A DNA stretch of 64,000 bases from Ascidiella aspersa (taxonomy: Eukaryota): assembly GCA_963924565.1 (NCBI GenBank), contig OZ004612.1:744001-808000 (forward strand), read 5' to 3'. The notes under the pieces are model-generated. The model was not told the origin of the DNA. It saw only the letters and a program-made list of their open reading frames with translations, and did not search any database. The position numbers were made by a program, and so were the translations under genes. Position 1 is the first letter of the stretch. Each line of letters starts with the position of its first letter. Positions 55,654-64,000 of the stretch are shown here, in pieces.

Positions 55654-55705
55654 TATTAACCCTGATGAGGTCAGCTGGTATCTGCTGCCGAAACGTCGGT
55701 TTATA
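55654..55705 (+). ncRNA. Minimal type I hammerhead ribozyme
   Basis: UAUUAACC-CUGAUGA-GG(U)CAGC-UGGUAUCU-GCUGCC-GAAA-C-GUC-GGUUUAUA. It shows the full core, stem II, palindromic ACGU stem III, a GUC cleavage triplet (predicted cut after 55697) and stem I AACC/GGUU. Confidence 0.8.
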
Positions 55706-55807
55706 CTTTGTTTACACCAGAAAAAACGATTTCTATATATTTCTATACAATATGTTGCCTGGTGGAACTAACTCTATTATCTTCTCAATGGTAACATTTA
55801 TTTTCAG

Positions 55808-56389
<582 letters not shown>

Positions 56390-58442
56390 TACGAAGCCTG
56401 CAAACAGTACAAATGTTTGAAGTAAACTATGCTTAAAGTAAATATACTAAATATTACCGTACAAACGAAAATAAATTATCGAAACGCTAATTATAAAGAA
56501 ACTCTAATATATGAATACAATGAAAGAAAAGTCCTTTTTTACTACGCTAACCCCCCTTCTTTTCGCAAAGTACGTTTGTTAACTAACGCCAGCATAAACG
56601 TAAAAACGTTGCAATTTGAATATTCTACAATCATCGAATTTCTTTTCGTGTTTCGCCAGCTATCTTTGTCAATAAATTACTTTTTTTGAAACTTGTTTGC
56701 TTTTATAGATTGACAATTCATCTAACATCACTTCGTTAACAAGTCGCACTTACACAACAAATGCTGGCTTGTGTAAAGTTATTTTCGCTGAGCCTGGGCT
56801 AGAATTACAACCGTTCTCTGTTTGTATATACTGCAAAGTATACTCGGTTGAAATACAGTTAAATATAGAACGATATTTTTTTTACTTTTCAAACGCCGGT
56901 TAAAGCTGAAAGTAACCGATTGCCTTCGATTGCAGTTTCTGATTAGGAAAGCCGAAAATACAGCAATACCTTTCAATCACTGTACATCAGCTCGGATAAA
57001 ACAGCATAAATAACCAAAAAAACAGCACAACTCAATTGGCCAACCAAAAAACTAGCCGATTCAACCTATATAGTGCTCTTGTTTAGATATTTTACATTAT
57101 AAGCCAATATAGATACGAACTTGAGTCTTTAAAAACGTCCATGTTTGCAAAAATCAAAACATTATGTGGTAGTATCGGCATCCATCAGTCCCCGGACAAG
57201 ATCCAATAAGATATTTATCGAACTAATATCCTCTTTTAGTCACGACCAGACAATTGAAGTGCTGGGAGACTTTTGTTGCTCGTTAGTTGTTTAGTTTACA
57301 AAACGCGCCAACTCTAGGAAAAAAGTATCCGTCGTTTATCAAAATCGTTTTATCAATCAGCCGTAAGAAAACCTATAAGTTGCCCTTTTCTTTGTCTGGT
57401 GATATCATTTGCTAAACTTTGACAATAGTCATCTATTTAAAATGCACTTTATTTTGTAAACTGTAAATTCGAGATAGCAGATAAAACGATTTTCTGCATT
57501 TAAATCAATATTCTTCGTATTTTGTTACCTTACTAGACTTGTTTTTTTCGCATCTATAATCCATTTTATGTTTCAGTTAAAATCTGTGAACATCAAACAA
57601 TTTTTTTTAAAACAAAATAGTTTTAATTCGTTTAGACTTTCCTTTTAGAAAATATTTTAAGTTGTAATATCTTGTAATTATTGTTCCTAAGTAGATTTTT
57701 CGAATTGTTGGCGAAAGCAATTGAGTTTATTTTTATATTTTTTTTATTCAGGTTTCAAACTGATGCAGAATTATTTACAACTTCCTTAACAAAAATATTG
57801 TAAGTTATTAAAAGCTCTGCACATTTGTGGGATTACCTTTTGGCAATGAATGGCATGTAGTTGCAGCAAAAAATCAACTTTATGAAAGAAATATCAATTA
57901 AGAAAACGGACATTTTAGTTAAAAATGTGTGATTTGTGACAATTAGTTCGTTTCTAGTTAATTTTCTGTTATAAATTTGTCTGCCGGCGGTTTCTGTGTT
58001 TCTTCACATTTTTATCTTGAAAAATCAACAGAAATCCGTTTATGAAAGTTTTAATCTTATGACTTTGCCGGTTTTTGCGGACACTTTCAACGTATAAATA
58101 AACTAGTATACTAGCGGTTACTAAACTTTAGCTGCCAATACAAAATAAATTTTTAAAAATGACCCTTCAGCGGGTATTTTACCATTTTTGTTGGTTTAGG
58201 TGCGTTTAGAGCATTGCGTAGTTACTTGACCAGGTTACTTGAGAAAACTTTGAAAGTTTTGTTGTTTTTATTTAATCACTGCCTCGATTGTAGGAGGTGT
58301 TACATAACAATACCGAGCGCTGCGCTGTATTGTGACGCGTGTTGGCAAACAATGGCTTCAGGTCTAGAATGTGACGTCATCGCTAAGCGCGATAAACTCT
58401 GGTTTTGCTTGAAATCGCTTGATATTTAACTTGTATGCGGAA

Positions 58443-58473
<31 letters not shown>

Positions 58474-58516
58474 CAAAAAAATTATTCTACAGTAAAACTT
58501 GTTCGATAATTACAAC

Positions 58517-58764
58517 TAGGGATGTACGATACTTAGCGTGTGGATCCGATATCGATATCGATATTTTAAACCAAAACTATCGCGATCCGATCCGATACCT
58601 ATGACGTCATTAGTTTTGTTATCAAACAAAAAAAACAATTAAAACGTTAAAAAATAAATTTTCTCATGTTATTGGGCTAAATTACCACCGTGATATCAAA
58701 TGAGCACCGATACTTCCACTTGGTATCAGGTATCGGCCCAGATCCGATATTATCGGACATCCTA
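58517..58764. mobile_element. hAT-superfamily MITE with a perfect 8-bp TSD
   Basis: TIRs TAGGGATGTACGATA and TATCGGACATCCTA. TSD ATTACAAC at 58509-58516 and 58765-58772. Internal CCGATA/TATCGG repeats. Confidence 0.85.
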
Positions 58765-59014
58765 ATTACAACGTTATAAATCATACTAGAACTCAACAAA
58801 ACCAACATGCAATTAAGAATTAATAGCATGGTAATAACCACTGCTCAATCAACTGAACTATCAACAAAGTGAACAAAATATGTTTCATTAAAATTTGAAA
58901 AAAAGTTTAATTTGTTTAGATTTTAAATGAATAACATATTAGGAACAACACACATACATATATATATACCTAGCTTTATATTGAACATTCTAAAATCATA
59001 TTGATGCTGTAAAT

Positions 59015-59753
59015 CAGTGGTCGGCAAACTGTGGTCCGAGCTATTTTTTAATAGTCTGATTTTATCACTATGTAGTTGTGGGCCGCATTAATGCTGTACA
59101 TATATTGTATTGCATTTTTGAAGTTGGTCTGGCTAAGAAATGTTATAATGTCTCAACGTGGTTCAGGTCCGCTTGCCAAAAGTGTACCTGAGGGGTATAT
59201 AATTTTTAAAACTATAATTTTTGCCAACTTTTTTCGCATCTACATTCTTCGTTTTATAGTATGCTTTACACTATGGCTTGGCAGAGTTTTCGGCATGTTG
59301 AGGCGTCGTCTAATATTTCACCATTTCTTGGTGTCCACAGCCTAACGCTGTGTGGACTTGGACCCCTAAAAATATATCTAGTTTATGTTTTTTTTGTGTA
59401 GCATTGTAATATTGCTATTGTATCGTAAGTAATATTTATACAAATTTTACTTCAAGATTAACGTAATGTATGCAATTTTGCGTTTCGTGCGAACGTTTCA
59501 CATATAGTGGTAATTTTGAAAGTATACACGTCTAACGTAAACGATTCGCCAAATGACGTTTAGCTTCATATTTGCGCACGAGTTTGTTCGAGAACATCAA
59601 GTATTTCCAAGAACAATTGTTTTTGACGTAAATTAAAACAAATATTCTAAATCATCCACTGTTTTTCCGGCTGTAGTGGTTTTACATAGTGAGCCTTTAA
59701 TAGCTCGGAAAAAAGTGCTTTGGGCCGCGACAAAAATAGTTTGCCGACCGCCT
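59015..59753. mobile_element. hAT-type non-autonomous element
   Basis: TIRs CAGTGGTCGGCAAACT and AGTTTGCCGACCGCCT. TSD-like CTGTAAAT/ATGTAAAG. The uninterrupted site is visible in the paralogous sequences at about 32568 and 60036. Confidence 0.75.
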
Positions 59754-60180
59754 ATGTAAAGTATCAAAAATTAAAATTTATACATTTTTTGGTTTATACT
59801 TTCTAGAATGTGACGTCATAGCTAAGCTCGATAAACTCTTGTTCGCTTGATATTTAACTTGTATGCTAGAATAGGCGACCACTGCTCTACCAACTAAACT
59901 AACAACAAAGTGAACAAAATATGTTTTAATAAAAATAAAACAAAGTTTAATTTTTTCGAATTTAATTAAATAATATGTCAGGAACATCACAGATCTTCTT
60001 AACTTTGTCAATAACATCCTAAAATCATATTGACGCTGTAAATAATTGTTGAAAGGCACTGGGGGTCGAAACAAACGATCGAAAAATAGTTTTTTGGCAA
60101 TAACAGGAATACTTAAGACAATTGGGGGACATCAACTCATTCAAAGGAGCTCAATAATTAAACTGGAACGAAGTTTATTT

Positions 60181-61121
60181 TCAATGATTAAAAATAAGCT
60201 CGGCAAATTGTATCATTTTGTCACATTCTTTAATTGCCCCACTGGCCAAAGGATGGTTGATATTTCTGCACAACTTGATTGCTGTTTTCGAACTCTGCAT
60301 TGCTTTGTCAGGTAGCTTCATCTGCAAATAACATCCACTGATTCTCAAGTGACAATCTGCAAAACACATTGCTATTTCTTTGTTAGATTCCGATGTCGAA
60401 TGAAGTTTGATTCCTTGTTCGAAGCATTTCATTGCTTTTTCACACTTGTTAAGTTGTTGATAGGAACAACCGACATAATAAAACAAAACAAATTGTTCTT
60501 CTAATGGAACTAGTTTTATATATTCTTGCCATTTTTTAAAACAAAAAACAACTTGCTCAGGTTTGTTAAATTCAAAGCTGCATCCAATGAGTTCCCTACA
60601 ACATTTTCCAATCATGGCATCTCGCACTACAGTTTTATGAAAACCTACAAGCATTCCAAGGGAAGTTTCCAGTGTATTATAAGCTTTATCGTATCGTTTG
60701 AGTTGGTTGAGACAAACTCCAGCGTTTAATTGCGCATTTGCAACTAACATCATGAAGTCATGAAGAGATGTCCATCACATATGGAGATTACTTCTTTAAA
60801 ATAATCTAACTTTAATTTGTTGTTATCATTATTCACTGCAATACACATATACATATCAGCTCTGACAAGAACTTTGCGTCGCTGAAATTGTTTACTTGAT
60901 GGGTACAGCTCATAAGCTTCCTTGTACAAATCACTTGCTCGTAGAAAGTTTTTCTTTATTCGGTGGATTTTAGCCCAGAGCCGTTTACATTCAGCAGAGA
61001 GATAATATTTGTTGTTTGGAACATAATGTTTACTCTTTGAAATATTTTCCGCCATTTTAATTGCATTTTCAGCTTCTGTGCAGTTTTCCATAGCGATGTA
61101 AGTTTCACCAAGATCTACCAA
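60181..61121 (-). pseudogene. Frameshifted C-terminal TPR continuation of the NTase-TPR gene
   Basis: ORFs 60750-61121 and 60181-60753 continue the TPR array. Relative to the 33-kb paralog there is a 22-nt deletion at about 61128 and a 1-nt deletion at about 60764. Confidence 0.75.
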
Positions 61122-63190
61122 CGCAATTGATCGAAGGCCTTTTCACGACATTGAAGTAGATGTTTCTCGCCGTATTTAATGCTTTCTTTGTATTTACCAA
61201 TTCCATTATAGTATCGTGAAACATGTTGTTGTGCACCTTCTGAAACATTGTCATTAAGTACAAGGTTAAGCATGTTACCAGCATGGTCAAATAAACCTCC
61301 ATAAACATACACTCCGAACAAATAACGTTGGACTTTTTGCCTAACCATATCTGTGCTGTCTGAATGCAAAGCTTTTTGGTAACAATTGATTGCATCCAAG
61401 TTCAATTCAAGCTTATCGTAACAACGTCCCATGTCACATAAAATTGCAGCCCGCATTGGATCGTTTTCTTGCATAAAATCTAAAGCATGTTGAAAGCAAA
61501 TTAAGGTGGTTTTATGCTGTTTGAGTTGATTGTAACAAAAGCCTTCCATATACGTTATGTTTGCTTTTGCTTTTTTTAACTCAAATATATTTTTACTTTT
61601 GCATTTTTTTATGACCTTAATTGCTTCGTTATACAAACGTAAAGACATAAGCGAAAATATTCCACGAATCCAAGTTGATTTTTTTGGTTCAGACTGCTTG
61701 TTGGTGAACGTTTGCAAAGTGGAAGCTAAAGAGAAAAATTCAACAATTCTTGATTTTCCAAATACTTCGAGCAACAAATCATGAAAAGGTTCGAATCTTG
61801 CGTCAAGATAATCGCACTGGCCGGAGTATTTGAAGTAAACCCGCAACCTAACTTCGCAGGCGAAAGCAAGTGCGAACATAAAATCATCAGATTGTTGTTG
61901 TGATATTTGGCTTGGAGTCAATTCCCGCAGAATATCGAAAGAAGACGACGATTTGCAATTATGTCGTCTACCAAGTGCTGCTATAAACAAAGTGACGCTT
62001 CGAAATACGACGCTTTTGATGTTTACTGTGTTTTCAATATACATCAAAGTCAAGCATTCATCTATGTTGAATTTGTCAGTATCCTCCTTTAGTTGTTTTT
62101 CTAAATTCTCATCGAAACGAGATTGTTGCAAGATGTCAATTGTTTTTATCTTCATTTGATCGTAGATTGCATCATCGCCACAAACAAAGCATATTTTAGT
62201 TAAAATATCACCCAAGTGGTAACCGTTTTTAAGGTCAATATCCCGTCCAAGATATTCAAGCATTTCAGAAACAGGTTTGATCAGCTCAGTATCCCAGGGT
62301 TTGTTCGGTGTAGCTGACCTACCAAGTGGGAACTTGCAAGCAAAAGTAACCATTCCATCAAACGAAATACCACGAGGTGTGTGCGCATCAAAGAACCAGC
62401 CCTTACCAATATTTTCCTCAGGCTTATTAATGAATGGCAACGAAACGTGAGGTATTAGTGTTTCACCAAAGTTTACAACCACAACTTGAAACATCACAGA
62501 CACCCAACGGAAATATTGAAGTACTTCCTCATAATCTGAACGATTTTGAACACCTTCTTCCAACAAATAGATGTGCTCGAAATCTGAATAAGGAGTGATT
62601 TCATTTCTAGCAAGTGATCCCATTCCAACCAAAGCATATTTACAAGGAGCTGGACCTGTAGCTTCCACACAAAACTCCATTATATCTGCCATGAGCCATT
62701 TGTATTTTTCTGTGATGATTTTTTGTAAACTCTCTATCAGAATAGTTCTACGTTGATCGGTTTCTGCAAGTGAAATTGCTTTTAGCGCAATATCCTTTAT
62801 CCAACACCGAAAGTCCTTCACTTTAGTGACAGATGCTTCAACCAGTTGCTTCAAACTGTCCACACTGGTGTCATGTCTGCCAGCAAGTTGAAGAACACGC
62901 GAACAAAGCTCAACGAGATCTTTCTCAACCTCAGCAACGTTGTCAGGTTTCCTCACAACAGCTGCGTTTAACAACACAGCGCTGCGAATAAGAGATATTT
63001 TCTTGTCTCTGCCCTCGGGTAATACATCAGCTATTTCGTGATATGCCCGGCCGAGTTGATGGATAACTTTGGCGGATTGTCTTACATCACGTTCCTTTCC
63101 GTTTGCGTAACATAATGACTTTAATTCCTCCGCAAGTTCAAAAGTTTTAGCTTTGTAAATACTGGCTTTAGTATCTGAGCACCCTTGCAT
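61115..63190 (-). CDS. Intronless nucleotidyltransferase (DUF294/GlnD-GlnE-like) plus helical domain plus TPR-repeat protein, 691 aa
   Basis: Long intact ORF with the pol-beta-superfamily signature ALVGMGSLARNEITPYSDFEHIYL (G191-S192, D203, E205). It is followed by a helical region (NIKSVVFR...SSFDILREL...ACEVRLRVY) resembling the NTase-associated substrate-binding domain, then TPR-like repeats (CFQHALDF; DAINCYQKAL; GKYKESIKYGEK). The ATG context is AAAACATG, with a splice acceptor 21 nt upstream. Confidence 0.8.
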   Translation of the reverse strand: MQGCSDTKASIYKAKTFELAEELKSLCYANGKERDVRQSAKVIHQLGRAYHEIADVLPEGRDKKISLIRSAVLLNAAVVRKPDNVAEVEKDLVELCSRVLQLAGRHDTSVDSLKQLVEASVTKVKDFRCWIKDIALKAISLAETDQRRTILIESLQKIITEKYKWLMADIMEFCVEATGPAPCKYALVGMGSLARNEITPYSDFEHIYLLEEGVQNRSDYEEVLQYFRWVSVMFQVVVVNFGETLIPHVSLPFINKPEENIGKGWFFDAHTPRGISFDGMVTFACKFPLGRSATPNKPWDTELIKPVSEMLEYLGRDIDLKNGYHLGDILTKICFVCGDDAIYDQMKIKTIDILQQSRFDENLEKQLKEDTDKFNIDECLTLMYIENTVNIKSVVFRSVTLFIAALGRRHNCKSSSSFDILRELTPSQISQQQSDDFMFALAFACEVRLRVYFKYSGQCDYLDARFEPFHDLLLEVFGKSRIVEFFSLASTLQTFTNKQSEPKKSTWIRGIFSLMSLRLYNEAIKVIKKCKSKNIFELKKAKANITYMEGFCYNQLKQHKTTLICFQHALDFMQENDPMRAAILCDMGRCYDKLELNLDAINCYQKALHSDSTDMVRQKVQRYLFGVYVYGGLFDHAGNMLNLVLNDNVSEGAQQHVSRYYNGIGKYKESIKYGEKHLLQCREKAFDQLRW

Positions 63191-64000
63191 GTTTTAACCA
63201 ATAGTAAATTTCTAAAAGAGCAATTGCTGTAAGTAATACAATACAGAGTAAAATTAATGTTATTTACGTGTTTAACGACGTCTGCATTTCAAGCCACCAA
63301 GTACTACTGACTGTAATTCAACATACATTGTAACTACAGCGTAATATTAAATTTTAAACAATACAAGTTGGCCGGCTGTGACGCGAAAATACATAGACAA
63401 TTAGACATAGAGCCATTGTTTGTCGGCGCGAGCAACGAGCAAACATAATCCCGTAATGTTTGTTTCAAACCTTAACGACAATGTTTCAGGGCGAAGTAAC
63501 AATTTGTAGTTTAGATAAATATATTTTGGAATAACTGTTTTTAATTGTTTCTTTCGACTATTAAAACTACGGCAAAATGCACAACTATTTATAAGTTTAA
63601 TAAATAAATATATTCAAATGCGTTTGCGGTGAGTTCCTACAATTGGTAGCCTACTGTTTTGTTGATTAAATTAAGTTTAAAACTAAAATCGCTGCGTTAC
63701 ATCGAAAACAGAAAATCCGATATAAGGTTGGTTGGTTTGGGACCGATACCACCTATATTATCGGACGACAACCGATACTCAACTTGGCATCGCACAAAAG
63801 CTCCGGTTCGATGTTATCCTTCTGTATTACTGACTTGAAAATTTTGATAATTTTTGACTGAAATTACATGCACTAAAATTGATTTTTTGAAGTCCACATT
63901 TGGAACCCAGTTAAAAGGCAAGTCCTGTTGTCATAATTAAATTTACCTGACGACCAAAGTGAACCTTTCAGCTAACTGGAAGCCACAGCAACAACTTCGT

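Noticed and set aside
58444-58469. A26 tract as the poly(A) tail of a retrocopied PHLDB 3' end
   Set aside because: The duplicate retains intron sequence, and homology to the 32.4-kb region resumes after the tract and MITE, so DNA-level duplication is more parsimonious.
60181-63190. Bacterial contamination as the source of the NTase-TPR ORF
   Set aside because: It shares a duplicated block with host PHLDB exons, has host-like base composition, an upstream splice acceptor and nearby host MITEs.

Overview
This is AT-rich, intron-containing animal genomic DNA. It is probably an ascidian/tunicate, inferred from compact GT-AG introns, abundant TGACGTCA motifs and gene content. The + strand carries an almost complete multi-exon PHLDB/LL5 ortholog (3734-30681, 5' start not found), a 14-exon BTB-BACK-Kelch gene (44215-51501) and a truncated BTB pseudogene. 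The PHLDB 3' end plus its convergent neighbour has been segmentally duplicated (about 30.1-34.2 kb versus 55.8-61.6 kb). The most unusual element is an intronless minus-strand gene (63190-60181). It encodes a bacterial-type GlnD/GlnE/DUF294-like nucleotidyltransferase (GSLAR-E---YSDFE) fused to a TPR array. Its truncated paralog at 32.7-34.2 kb is far more diverged in the TPR coding region than in the flanking non-coding DNA, suggesting a fast-evolving sensor-enzyme family. The window also contains an intact minimal type I hammerhead ribozyme at the duplication breakpoint, several decayed hammerhead relics, hAT-type MITEs, minisatellites and a candidate spliced lncRNA.
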